Assembly (NCBI GenBank): GCA_010909165.1
Contig: MU008173.1
Span: 248,001-312,000, forward strand
DNA from: Anthoceros angustus
Taxonomy: Eukaryota; Plantae; Anthocerotophyta
DNA: 64,000 nt
Reading direction: 5' to 3'
Part shown: positions 12,568 through 26,104 of the stretch, piece after piece
Layout: each line of letters begins with the position of its first letter
Position numbering within the stretch: the stretch's first letter is position 1
Notes under the pieces: model-generated
Database searches by the model: none
What the model was told of the DNA's origin: nothing
The model's input: the letters and a program-made list of their open reading frames with translations, nothing else
Position numbers and translations under genes: made by a program

Positions 12568-13638
12568 TTCCTTGCCCTCGCGCGTTTAAAGCCGTTGTGA
12601 GGCGGTTAGCGCGGAACCATGAAGCACGCGTCGTGACGAAAATTCACCTTTGCGTGCGAGGGCAAGGAAGAACTTAAGGCACGCTTCATGCAAATCTAGG
12701 AGGACAATAAGAAGGCTGGATTCGGGCTTCGTGGGAAGACCAAACGCACCATGCAACCAAGCCGGAGTCGAAACAAGCAATGCCTCCATTTATGCCCATC
12801 CGCACCAATGGATGCACACGCGGCGAGTGGATTCAATGAGTCCATTCGGATGAAATGCCCGCGTGCCTTTAGACAAGTGACGGTGGCGAGAGCCGGATGG
12901 TGTCGCAAAGCGGAGTGGTCAACAAGATTCGTTTCTCAAACCATAAACCCTAGTTACATATCCCGCCATGGAGGCATATATAGCCCATGGAAACCCAAGT
13001 CTCCTTGGCTTTCGGGTTAGGTTAGGTACACCTTAACCCATGGGAAACATGAGTTAGGGTTTGGTTACCGAGAGGAAAACTTGAGTTAGGGTTTGGTTAA
13101 AATATCCTTCCTTGCCCTCGCCGTTTGGCCGTTGTGAGGCGGTTAGCGCGGAACCATGAAGCACGTCGTGACGAAAATTCACCTTTGCGGTCGAGGGCAA
13201 GGAAGAACTTAAGGCGCTTCATGCAAATCTAGGAGGGCAGAATAAGAAGGCTGGATTCGGGCTTTGGGAAGACCAACGCACCATGCAAATCCGAGCCGGA
13301 GTCGAGTGTGCCAAACAAGCAATGCCTCCATTTATCGCACCAATGGATGCACACGCGGCGAGTGGATTCAATGAGTGCATTCCGGATGAAATGCCGCGTG
13401 CCTTTAGACAAGTGACGATGGCGAGAGCCGGATGGTGTCGCTGAGTGGTCAACAAGATTCGTTTCAGTCAAACCATAAACCCTAGTTACATATCCGCCAT
13501 GGAGGCATATATAGCCCATGGAAACCCAAGTCTCCTTGGCTTTCGGGTTAGGGGTTACACCTAACCCATGGGAAACATGAGTTAGGGTTTGGTTACCGAA
13601 GCCAAGGAAAACTTGAGTTAGGGTTTGGTTAAAATATC
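12568..13638. repeat. tandem duplication, ~540-bp unit
   Basis: CTTCCTTGCCCTCGC...GCCGTTGTGAGGCGGTTAGCGCGG at ~12568 and ~13107 with collinear continuation. Confidence 0.9.
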
Positions 13639-16439
13639 CTTGACTTGCGAATCGCCGCTTGCCGATAATGTGTGCGCAATACTGGAATTGGGCTCGGCAT
13701 CGGCGAGGAGGATGGGCGGGGCCCCTATGGTGTCAAGTGTGACCAATGGCGCATGCCACGTGCACCCAAATGCAAGCAGGCGCCACATGGCTGCGTGCGA
13801 GCTTGGATCGATCGGTGCGAACTTGATCGATGAAAGTGCCGATCTTGCTCTCAAGTGGTCGAGACAGGACACTTTAGGGTCGAGTTTCCTTGGACTTTGA
13901 GTTCGTGAATCCATGGTTTGACGAACCATGGTTAACAAAACCCATGGTTAACAAAACCCATCGAAAATTCAAATAACATTTCCTTGGGCTTGAGCCGTGG
14001 TGGTCGGATGGTGAAGTTGCCATGGGCACCAAATCCAAGGACACTCACGCCTCGGATTGGACTTAGGGTGAAAAGAAATGTAATTACATGGCCTATATAG
14101 GCTCGCGATGAAATGGGTTTCCTTGGCTCATGAAAATTGCAAAACTTTTCCTTGGACTTGAAAAAGCAAATAACGACTCCTTGGGCTTCAAAGCCGAGTT
14201 TGGGTCGGATGGTGAACTTGGGTACCAAAGGCCAAGGACACTTACGCCTATATATGGACCGTAAATAATGGATAATAAACCCTGTGTAGTTTGTTTCCCG
14301 CCATGTTACATCCGCGAAATGAAACTTGTCTGCGTTCTGCCCGGCTCTGAGGCGAAGTCCATGTGACTGTTGTCCTCTCTTCTCCCTTGTTCCGTACCAC
14401 TTCTCGATCGCGGGGTTTCAAGCACCGCGTGACAACCCTACTTTGAAATTCTTACTACGGATCGGGCGGTGGAGGACACATCAGCAAGCGTGGTCTAAAC
14501 CGACTAAGGTTGAGGTATGTTCTCCTTTTTTTTCCTCCGCCCAATCTGTAAGCTGACCTTTCCAAAGCTCCCATGAATCACGGCCGGTCTTGTGTAGATG
14601 CCTAAAGCACGAGGAAGATTCAAGCTATGAGCGGGCCGATTCGAGACCGGCGCTGGCGCAGCATTAGTAGCGAGATCTTTCATGGAGGCCACGTGGGCCA
14701 GACGGACTAGGCTGGACCCAAATCTGGGTAATTCACGGAACAGGCGGCTGCGATTGCTCGGGCGTCAGGAGGCACGAAGGGCAAGTGGCGGCGGTGAAAA
14801 GAGCAGGCAAAGTCTCGACTTCAAGATCGGGAAAGGAGGAGGAGGACTTTGATTTGCCTCTCAAGGCTTCCGGACGCGGCAATGGAACAAGAGGGAGGAG
14901 CGCGGTGGGCAAGTTAAGGTAAGTTCCTCGTGGGTGGGAGGGTCGGATGGCCGGAGACACAGCGTGGGGCGTCATCTACGCCGGCGGGTGAAGGACCAAA
15001 AGCGAGCTGTCGGCTAGGGCATCAGCGCATGTTCGGAGAGGATGAAGACAAGCGAAGAGGCCAGTTCACAAGGATGAGTGTCGCCATATTTGAAGAAGCG
15101 GGCATGGGCTCACACCGCTCATAAAATCATGGAAGGCGATTCGAGACTTGGGCGAGGAAGGCGCCCGTGAAGGCAAAAGCGACCGGGATCAATCCCGGGC
15201 CGTTGGGGCCTATCGACTCCTATAGAAGGGGGCTCTGTGGTATGCACAAGCTGCGGATCTGCAGAGGAGGTGGTTGAGGGGCAGTCAAATGCACGGCGCA
15301 ATACATCCAGGCATCACAAATTTTACCCCCTAGATTCAAACGATTTCCATACGGAATCCATCACTTGAATGCGTCTGATTCTATGTTGAAAATATGCAAT
15401 GTTTGATAATTTTGACCAAGTTCCATGTTTAATCAACCTTGAAATTCGCTAAGGTTTCCATGTGGATTTTGGAAGTTCGGAAATTCATACTAATTCTACG
15501 TTGAAAATGTACACGATCCCACCCTTAGAGTTTTTATATGGATTCGATAATTTGGAAAAATCGAATTCTACATTGAAAACACATAAGATCGCCCCCAAGG
15601 GTTTTCATGTGGATTGTGAGCTTTGAGGTTCACATAAAGCGTGAAAATGCACGGAATCCAGCCCTTTAGGGTTTTTGTGTGGATTCTGACAGTTCGGAGG
15701 TTCGCACGAATTCTGTGTTGAAAATGCATGAGATGATTGATTGACTTTGGGCAAAGTTTTCACATCTAATCAACTTGAAAACTATGGTACCATTTTGTTA
15801 TGTGGATTATACATTAAGTTCATTCATTATCAACTCCTATGCTTGCTTTGTGGTTTCAATGTTTATTTTTATTTAATTTATAATATTTTAAAATGCTTAA
15901 AATATGTAAATTCTATGTAGTTTCAAACATTTAGGAGGATCACATAGTTTACATGTAGAAAGTACATGACATATTCATGTTTTAAGAAAAAATTCATGTT
16001 GAATCAAAGTAGCTTGTATAGAAAGCATATGTAGAAAATGTAGTATCTATTACTATCGATTCTTCATGGTGAATACATTCATTTTATAAATTATACATAC
16101 ATATTTATAATCTACAAGAATATATATGGAGTACATCTAGGTTCAAAGGCGTTGGGAGACTACACGTAGTCCCTTATGAAAGTACATTATTTGTATAATG
16201 ATGAGTTATTGAAGTTATATACATTTCAATGTAGTGTATATTCTTATTCAATAATTTTTCTATAAAATAAATAATTTTAATATATTCATTAGATACTATA
16301 TTATTAAAACAGAATATTAAATAAATAAATTAATTAGATATTAAAATATTACTTATTTATACCATATTATTATATCAAAAATATGTTTGAAAATATTAGA
16401 GAAATCTATATGCATAAAGGAATAAAAGTGTACTCCACC

Positions 16440-18200
16440 TCAAATGCCTAATAAGAAACACCGGTGCTAATATAAAACCTAGCAATCTTCTCAAAAGAAG
16501 ACCACAAAATGAGGAAAAGACAGCCATAAGTAGCAAGAGAATGTAAGGATCCGCGTTTTTGTAACTACGACATAGTTACAAACAAGCATCCTCAAAAATC
16601 TCCTAAACCACTAAGAACTAAATGAGGTGAAAACTAAATGAGGACTTGATCCTTCTCATTCGGCCCGTGCTCCAATAATCCTAGTTTCCATGTTCTTCAT
16701 GCCCAAGAGATGCTCATGCATCCTAGGAGCTTCCATTACTTTTCCATCCATTGCATATTCCAAATGCAAGAGTTTAAGTACTTAGTCGAACTATATAATT
16801 AGATATAGTATATGAAATTAATTCATGGTTGTTTCACTTACCACGTATAGGAAGAACCAGCTTGCTCCAAAGTAATTGTAATAGGCTCACGGGCATTATA
16901 CCTTGCGCCCATAAAGACTTTGGATGAGTGCCGCTTTGAGCCCCATGGGTCTATGCCGCCATTTGCAAACTCTTGAATACGCCATTTATTCCCAAGTTTC
17001 CGGACTTGTAAATTTTCAAACCAAGACTCCTTCCTGCGTGACATCCAATCACGGCTTTGGTAAGCCTAGGAGCTCATACAAATGAGCTCGCAACGCAAGA
17101 ATTGATACAACTTTAGGTCGCAAAGAAAGCGAAGATTAGGAAAGTGAACTTGAAATTCAATAAATACCTTAGTATAGCTCCCCTCCGATCGCGTATGTTT
17201 GTAAAACCATCTTCTTGTGCCCCGTTCTCCTGTTGGACCCCACGCTTTATAAAACTTACGTAATAGGGACTCGTCGATAAATCCACATCCATAGACTGAG
17301 TAAAAATCTTGCACCATTTTATCGAAGGGAACATAGTAGAATATGGACCCATTCCCAAGAGCAACTTCGGTGACAATAGTCTTGATTGGTTGGCAACAAT
17401 AGCCGGGTTGCAACAGTTTCTCTAGTTGTGATAGGGCATGTATATTTGACTTTTGCAAGACATAAATTGTCTCTTTGTGCTCAAGCTTGTCTTTGAGATG
17501 CTCGAGTGTGACCTTGTGAGACATTTGGCTCTTCTTCACTCAACCCTTGTTCGAGTTGAGCAAAGATCTTCGCTCGGGACTTACTGCTCAAGACCGGTCC
17601 CATCAGCAGCTTGGAGACCGGGTGCTTGTCCACGGGCGCTTGCCACCGGTCTACTACCGGCAATTGGTGACCCTTGCGCTTGTACAGACTTGCCACGTGA
17701 TGTCTACTACGAGCAATTGGAGAGAGCGTGTTTGTCCATCACCGACTTGTCGCTGAGGTCGATATCGGCAATTGGAGATTGCCGAGCTATCACACTTCCG
17801 AGATCTCGCAATGATACCGCTAGTTGAAATTGTTGTTGCACTTACACGTCGATCGGAGCTTGCAAGTCTCACAGTGCAATAATAGGCCTTTGTTGTGCAA
17901 TGGTAGTAGCATATCTCATTGTGCAATGGCGAGCAGTGCAATAGCAGATTCACATTGTTGCGCCGGTGCATCCGATCGCTCAACAAGATGGCGATTCTTG
18001 TGCGCCTGTGAGTCGGAGAATCTCCTCCTCGCACAAGACTCTACGAATAAATGGCGTTTGGCCAAGGAGAGCAAGGAAGAAGGCGGCCTTGATTTGGAAA
18101 CGGAGGTCTTCCTCTAAGCGGTCCCTCGTGAACTTGAAGTCTCAACATCAACATCTTCAACTTGTTCCTTTCTTGATGCGAACTTCTTCTTATCTCAAAT
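16440..18200 (-). pseudogene. degenerate ORF with weak CMC/TNP2-like transposase character
   Basis: Fragments IFYYVPFDKMVQDFY, GGIDPWGSKRHSSKVFMGARYN and LSGLGDF*GCLF loosely resemble DGxxPF..S...YN and downstream Cys motifs; many stops. Confidence 0.33.
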
Positions 18201-18363
18201 GACGGCTGAGTCCGGCCGATCGATGCTGCTTGTAAGCCTTGGCATCGCACAACAACAAACCAAATCAAAACAAAAGAGGCAAAAGGAGCATTCAACATTA
18301 CAATAATCAGAATGCTGATCGACCTCGAGATCCGCACGTTGGTAAACCTTCCCGATCGATCGA

Positions 18364-21300
18364 CTCAAGGCTGATTTCACACACCACGCAATTCCGCTCA
18401 ACGCATTCCGCCAGCACTCCGCTCGGCGAACTCCCGCTCCGGCGCCTCCGCTCGGCGAACTCCGCTCGGCGAACTCCCGCTCCGGCGCACTCCGCCCGGC
18501 GAACTCCCGCTCACGCACTCCGAGCCGAGTCGATGGCGAACCTTTGAAAGAAGCAGCAAAATAGAGAGAGAGGTTCCGCCCAGCCCGTGATGAAAAGAGG
18601 GCTCGCCTGCCTCCCGCCAAGATTCTCGCATTCAGACATGCCCACTGCCAAGATTCGCACAGAGCTGCTGCTCCTGACATTTTCGCACTTGATTATAGGG
18701 TCAATCCTTGTAACATTTCGGACATAGAATCGGTGCACATTTTTAAGAGCGATTGACTTTCATATATGCTAATGAATCTGGTGGAAATAGCAGCAAGCAC
18801 CGAGGGCTTGCGGGAGCTTGAAGTTGTGAGCTTGGCAAATATCTTGAGGATTGTTGCATTGTCCTTCAAGAACGTGTCATTGTGCATCATGTCAAGGGCA
18901 TTGAAAGCGTCATAGTCGTTATGCCATGATCGAGCATCATTCATGAGTTGTAGAAGCGGGTGATTGCAACACTGTAATAGGAATAAGCTGCCTTCAATTC
19001 GGATATGAGCGGAATGCACGTGATAAACGCAACTAGCTTCTTAGAGCCCTTGGCCCTAACCCCTATGTGCCGATTGGTGAAGTAACGGAGGTCTCGACGC
19101 CGCAGAAAATCCACGGAATAATCAAATCGAACATGTTGTCATCATCCTCCACATGGTTATTCGTCAGAGAGTGTAGATCTCCTCACCAAAGCCACCGAGA
19201 GAAGGAAGGGCGTTAGACGCTCATCCTAAGATTTGTTAAAAAGGCGGTCTTCAAAGGAGCAAGTCATCAGCTCACGATTGCAATGACCTCCTTGAACTCG
19301 GTCCCCATGGATCCCACCACGTAGTCCGGAAGTGGAATGCATCCCCTAGGTTATGATTCGACATTGCAAACCAACCACCGTCGTGAAACAATCTAGCATA
19401 TGTAGTTCGAGCTCGACTCAGGCGTAACCCAATGCAAGGAAGTGAACTAAGAACAGTTCCTTCCACCTTACATGTACAAATCCCTAAGTGGAATGCATCC
19501 CCTAGGTTATGATTCGACATTCATGCAAACCAACCACCGTGAAACAATCTAGCATATGTAGTTCGAGCTCGACGTAACCCAATGCAAGGAAGTGAACTAA
19601 GAACAGTTCCTTCCACCTTACATGTACAAATCCCGCAGTAGCTCCCCACAAATCCACGGAAGGAGTTGCCGCAGTGCTGTAGTGGACCAGTCGCAAGCAG
19701 CCGCAAGGGCCCGGGCTTCACTCTTGTATCCCTCAACCTCTTGGCCAAAAGTTCGCCTTTGCCATGCTTTTCCCACGAGGTGCCCTTGATGGAGATGTGC
19801 TCCATTGGTGTTGGTGGACAGAGATTGGATCACTCTTGAAACATGTGGTCGCCCCATCCCATTATTCAACACCAGCTTCTTGATGCAAGGCTTGTTGTGC
19901 TTCAACCCCTGGAACAACTCCTCGGTGAAGTTGCACCGTAGGGTTTCAAAACACGAACTGCAGATCAAGCTTCACGCACTTGTGCAAGATAGGCATCGAC
20001 AGGATCCAGCTCCTCCTCATCCAGGGAATGGCCGTGCTCCAAGACAAGGTGCGTGATGCTGCTGTAAGCCACAAGTGATGCCACACAAAATAGCCGCCAC
20101 GCACAGGAGCTTCAAGGTGGTGTTGAGAGTAGCATTCCAGCCACCGCTTCTTGAGCCTACCCTCCAGTGGCTGCCATCCTCACCTCCAACCCGGATACTT
20201 CAAGCCACAACCCGGGTGATGGATTGGTTAAGTGAGCACATGTGAGACCGTGAGACTACAACTCCGACCAGCTCGAGGAGGGCACCGCCACTCAAGGCTG
20301 ATTTCACCGCACACGCAATTCCGCTCAACGCATTTCGCCGCACTCCGCTCCGGCGCACTCCGCCCAACAAGCTCTCCCGCGGACTCCGCCCGGCGAACTC
20401 CCGCTCCGGCGAACTCCGCTCCGGCGCACTCCGCTCCGGCGAACTCCCGCTCCGGCGCACTCCGAGCCGAGTCCGATGGCGAACCTTTGAAAGAAGCAGC
20501 AAAATAGAGAGAGGATTCGCGCCCAGTGCGTTAAAAGGCTGGCTCGCTCCTCGCCAAGATTCTCGCAAATTACAGCCACTGCTCGCAGATTCTCGCACAT
20601 TACAGAGCCCTGCTCGCCAAGATTCTGCACTGATTATAGGTCAATCCTTGTAACATTTCGGACATAGAATCGGTGCACATTTTTAAGAGCGATTGACTTT
20701 CATATATGCTAAATGCTGGTGGAAATAGCAGCAAGCACCGAGGGCTTGTGAGCTTTGTGAGCTTGGCAAATATCTTCCGAGGATTGTTGCATTGTCCTTC
20801 AAGAACGTGTCATTGTGCATCATGTCAAGGGCATTGAAAACGCCATAGTCAGTCGTTATGCCATGATCGAGCATCATTCATGAGTTGTAGAAATCGCAAC
20901 ACGTAATAGGAATAAGCTGCCTTCAATTCGGATATGAGCGGAATGCTGTGATAAACGCAACTAGCTTCTTAGAGCCCTTGGCCCTAACCCCTATGTGCCG
21001 ATTGGTGAAGTAACCAGGAGGTCTCGACTAAAAAATCCACGGAATAATCAAATCAACATGTTGTCATCATCCTCCACATGGTTATTCGTCAGAGAGTGTA
21101 GATCTCCACCAAAGAGAAGGAAAAGGTGTTAGACGCTCATCCTAAGATTTGTTAAAAAGGCGGTCTTCAAAGGAGCAAGTCACGGCTCCCGATTGCAATG
21201 ACCTCCTTGAACTCCCCATGGATCCCACGTAGTCCCTAAGTGGAATGCATCCCCTAGGTTATGATTCGACATTGCAAACCAACCACCGTGGAAACAATCT

Positions 21301-22045
21301 AGCATATGTAGTTCGAGCTCGACGTGCAACCCAATGCAAGGAAGTGAACTAAGAACAGTTCCTTCCACCTTACATGTACAAATCCCGCAGTAGCTCCCCA
21401 CAAATCCACGAGGAGTTGCCGCAGTCAACTGGTCGGACTCAGTCCGCAAGCAAAAGCGTTCCGGCTTCACTCTTGTATCCCTCAACCTCTTGGCCAAAAG
21501 TTCGCCTTTGCCATGCTTTTCCCACGAGGTGCCCTTGATGGAGATGTGCTCCATTGGTGTTGGTGGACAGAGATTGGATCACTCTTGAAACATGTGGTCG
21601 CCCCATCCCATTATTCAACACCAGCTTCTTGATGCAAGGCTTGTTGTGCTTCAACCCCTGGAACAACTCCTCGGTGAAGTTGCACCGTAGGGTTTCAAAA
21701 CACGAACTGCAGATCAAGCTTCACGCACTTGTGCAAGATAGGCATCGACAGGATCCAGCTCCTCCTCATCCAGGGAATGGCCGTGCTCCAAGACAAGGTG
21801 CGTGATGCTGCTGTAAGCCACAAGTGATGCCACACAAAATAGCCGCCACGCACAGGAGCTTCAAGGTGGTGTTGAGAGTAGCATTCCAGCCACCGCTTCT
21901 TGAGCCTACCCTCCAGTGGCTGCCATCCTCACCTCCAACCCGGATACTTCAAGCCATAAGCGGGTGATGGATTGGTTAAGTGAGCACATGTGAGACCGTG
22001 AGACTACAACTCCGACCAGCTCGAGGAGGGCACCGCCACGGGGCT
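18364..22045. repeat. tandem duplication, ~1.8-1.9-kb unit, each with a 14-16-bp GC-rich microarray
   Basis: CTCAAGGCTGATTTCAC at ~18364 and ~20291; ACTCC(C)GCTC(C)GGCG(A/C) arrays at 18415-18525 and 20341-20468; identical ORF fragments in both copies. Confidence 0.9.
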
Positions 22046-22907
22046 CAAGGCACGCAAGATAGGAATCAACATAGCTGCCCGCTCGGATTCTTGTGCCGGT
22101 CATATCCGATATCAAGCCTCGCCGAGCGTGGTGGTGAGCGCCACGCCTGCAATCGCCCACCCTCATGGTCCATGCCTATCCCAAAGAGTCCCAAGGTTCG
22201 CAGAGCGGCGAGTGGGTGAGGATGGCGAACGCGTCACCGCAGCTCCCTATCATATCGTTGTCGCCAAGATACAACTTGTCGAGTAGTGAGCCGCTCTTGT
22301 CTCGCAAGGTCGGAGATGAGCCCACACTCACCCAATTGCCCGCATATCCGGATACTCCAACTGCAACCGGTCGTAGGAGCAGCAAGTGCACACGCCTGCC
22401 GTCCCGAATCCTCCGAACCCGCATAAGCTCAGTTTTCCACTGGATTGTGCTTCAACCCTTCAGCTGTTGCTCCACGCCGCTCACTACTGCATTCCCACGC
22501 CTCAAGGGATTCAGATCGATGGTTCTCGTGCGCTGCCGATCGCTCATGATGCGCAAGCGCAGATGGCGCCTCGATTTCCCCAACGCTTCATGTTCGCCAT
22601 GCTCAAGAAGTAGGAGCCCTGTGAAGCCGCAGATCCGGAGGAGGAAGCGCAGTGAAGCTCGGCGATCGGGACTCGAGGCTCTCACAGGCAACCAAAGCGG
22701 CGGAAGAGGAGGAGGAAGAGGTCGCTGCCATAGCGCCAACTCGGCATTCGACCTCCCGCCGATCCTATGTAATATTATGGCTTCCGATCCTTGTAATAGG
22801 ATCCAGATAGGATCGGCTTTGGCATTCGACCTCGAAGCGGCTATTGCTTGCCGGATCAAACATTCCCGAGCATACCCAAGCCGAGCCTGCATTCCGACCT
22901 CCCGCAA
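19272..22907 (-). pseudogene. captured leucine-rich-repeat (RNI/F-box-LRR-like) gene fragments
   Basis: SITHLVLEHGHSLD, ELFQGLKHNKPCIKKLVLNNG, AEGLKHNPVEN and LLDKLYLGDNDMIGSCG show LxxLxLxxN-like periodicity; frameshifted. Confidence 0.45.
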
Positions 22908-22981
22908 GCTGCAGCTATGGCCTTGCCCGGAGTTGCGCTGTCCGGTTGCAATATGTCACACCCTAAATTTTAGCAACTGCT

Positions 22982-23118
22982 GAAACCCGAAATTGGAAGT
23001 GCTCAAAACTCAACCCATTGAAACTCAAAACTGGAAGTGCTCAAAACTCAACCCGTTGAAACCTCGAAACTAGAAGTGCCCAAAACTCAACCCGTTGAAA
23101 CCTCGGAGTGGAAGTGCC
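22982..23118. repeat. 38-39-bp tandem repeat x3.5
   Basis: Unit GAAAC(C/T)..AAACTGGAAGTGCTCAAAACTCAACCCGTT. Confidence 0.9.
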
Positions 23119-23386
23119 TGAGGGCCGAGCTTCTCCGCCACTCACCTTCTAGCTTTTCCGCTGGGCTCGGCCTTGTGGGCTCGGTTTCTGCTTCATTATG
23201 ATCTTCACATATATGTACTTCTAGCTTTTCTCGTGGACAGGCTCACTGGCCTGCTTGTGGCTTGCTTCTTCATTATATACTTTAATTTGCAGTGTGATCC
23301 AAGTGGTCGCCTATGGGTTTGGATTGTGAGAGATGTGGGTCTGTGAACTTCTAATTTAGGAGCTCTACGGTCTCATCAACTTCAAA

Positions 23387-25955
23387 GTGCTAGGTGTAAG
23401 ACAAGGCATGCAAAGACTCCGCTTAGAATCAATACCACATGAAACCAGATATGGGGGACATATAGTTGCTATGAATGAGCAAGGTATGCAATATGTGCAA
23501 GCGGAGTATGATAGGCATCAGGAGCATGTGGACGAAAGGCAGCCAACTGAGACTGAAAGTTTAGGAGTGAGTCTCACATTTGAAAGAATAGTGGATACCA
23601 CTTCTTCTCTTGTGAAACCATTTGATGCCACACTGAGTATGGTACATTTCTTACGCAATTGTAGAAATGGTGCAGGGTTGTCTAATCGAGATATAAATGC
23701 TCCGCTTGGTTCAAGTCTTTGTCTCATCCTTCGCTCAAGCCGGAGGACCTTGTGAAGTGCTACAGATGTGAGAAAGTATGAGGCTTCTTTGGCAGGCTCA
23801 CAGGATGGATGGCATGAGGTTTTAGTGAATGAACCCGGAGACAATACACTCACATTGCAATATCGAGATTCGAGTGAAGTATTGAGGGAACTATTTGGGG
23901 CTTCAGCCAATAGGGAAGGTTTTATACGGCGGACTCAAATTGAAGCTAGCGAGACTTACACCACACCAGATATCGGGAAGTGGTGGAAATCCATGCAGAG
24001 TCTAGTTGATAGCAAGTGTGAAGGTGGAGTTGTGGCAGGACTGATTTTATATTCTGATCAGACTAGTTTATCCAATGACAGATCGTGTGGTCATCCTTTG
24101 ATGATGAGTCTCGGCAATATCAAATGTGAGCTCGCCGAGCCGAAGGGCATGCTCTTCTAGCCCTCTTACCAATCATACCATCCGAGATACATACAAGTTC
24201 GGGGCAAAGTGCAAGGAGGAAGTTAAAGGCCTTTCAACGTTGCTTGGAGATCATTCTCAAAACTGTAAAAGATGCTTCCTATAGTGATTGGAAATGGATG
24301 ATCCCTTGGGAGACAAGCAATGGGTATTTCCAATGATATACTTATATATTTGTGATAGTTTGGAGGGCTGCAAGGTTACTTGCACATATGGTTCTAACAA
24401 GTGTCAAAGGCCCCGCAGATTTGTCTTGTGAAGAAACAGAACCGAGCATGGTGCAAGTCCGCCGAGTCATGACAGATGCATATGAAGATTTATGAAGATA
24501 CGAATGCAACCAAATGCGGAGAATCTGATCACCTCGAACGTTGGTCATTATATGCGTGGAGTGTGCTCTTTGGGGATTCAATGGCGGATTGATGAGTTGG
24601 GAAATCCATACCTTTCTATCCACCCGGATCTTTTACATCAAAGTGAGCGGGGTCTTTTCAAGCGCATGGTAGGAATCCTTGTGGAAATGGTGAGGAACCC
24701 GCTTGAGCAACATTTGCCGAGTAGAAAGCCATTGAAAGAAATGGATCGACGATTACAATTCATTGCAAACAAACCACATATGCCGAGTTCGGACTACCGT
24801 AATGACAAAGGAGGGTATTTCTCATCACAGGCTAATTTCGCCGCATTTGAACATAGAGCGTTGATGCAAGTTGTTGTCTTCTGCATGCTTGGTGTATCCC
24901 AACACGATAGTTAAGGTGTTTGTGAAGTTTTTGTCATGGTACAACTTGCTTTCTGGAGTTCATCACATACTGAGGCAAGCTCGCAAGAAGTGGATGACTC
25001 ATGGTAGATTTGGTGGATTTTTGAAGTTGCATATGAGTAATCGCGTAAATCTGAGTTTGGAATACTCAAGGTGCATTTGATGTCACATTTTAGTGATGCA
25101 ATTAGAAGGTCGGGACTAGCATGGGAATTTAATACCAACATGTTTGAGAAGATGCATATTGCTCTTATGAAGATCCCTTATAGAGCATCCAATCGGAGAA
25201 ATGTTGTAGCTCAACTTGTCCATCACCAGCAACGACTAATAGCTTTAAGAAGACAAGCTCACCAGAGAGAGGGGTTTGAAGTTGAAGAGGAGTCAGATGA
25301 CACTGCTTTGGATGAAGCTGTCCGAACGGGTAAGAATGTGTTTAGCAGGACATCGATGTGTCACTTCCAATTGACTAAACTCTATCTCCCAAGTGATTCT
25401 ACTCAATTGACTAACAAGGTCGAAGTTCTTAGATGGCCACCGAGGTGAGAGCCGAATTCCAACATGCCTTAGATGTGTATCTAAGGGACCAAGGGCTTGA
25501 TGAAGTGACTCAAATTGTAGTCAAGAAAGCCATGGCGATACCTGGAGTGGGTGATCGGTTTGGATCCCGGCCTATGTATGTGCGTGCAACACAAGATTTC
25601 TTTGCGGGCCATGGTTTAGTGATGTGGCTTTACGGATGGAGGCATGGATCGGATCCAATAACTTGGTACGGGCAGCTTAGACGATGTTTGTGTGCAATAG
25701 TGCCTTGGGGAAGATGAGGTTGTGGAGCGAAAATTATGCTTTGTGCGACTTTACCAAGAAGTTCACGAGAATGCATCGAATAGATTGGTCCAATGCAAGG
25801 AACTAGTGTGGGCATCAACGAAGCTCGGAGAGCACCGGCATAGAAGCCGTCGGGTTCCAAGCTATCCGGTGATAGATGCTTCAAACATACTCGAGGCTCC
25901 ATCTAATCCCTCACTTCAATGCAGAGATTGACGTTCTTTCCGAACCACTATAAGT
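23387..25955 (+). pseudogene. Plavaka-family (CMC-related) transposase, frameshifted
   Basis: Ordered motifs LQYRDSSEVLRELFG, GKWWKSMQ, LILYSDQTSLS..GHPLMMSLGNI, ICDSLEGCKVTC, HPDLLHQSERGLFK, FNTNMFEKMHIA and C-terminal VIDASNILE.VHLIPHF..FFPNHY match the Plavaka transposase pattern as I know it. Confidence 0.82.
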
Positions 25956-26104
25956 TAACGCTGTCTTGTGGGGAATGAGTTGGCTGTTGGACCCAAGCCC
26001 GAATTTGGCAAACTCTATCTCGCTTTGTTGATAGTGGGGCAACTTTCAAGACCGCTAACCTCAAACCTCGGAGCATTTGGGGGTCCAAGTACAGCAATGA
26101 CGAT

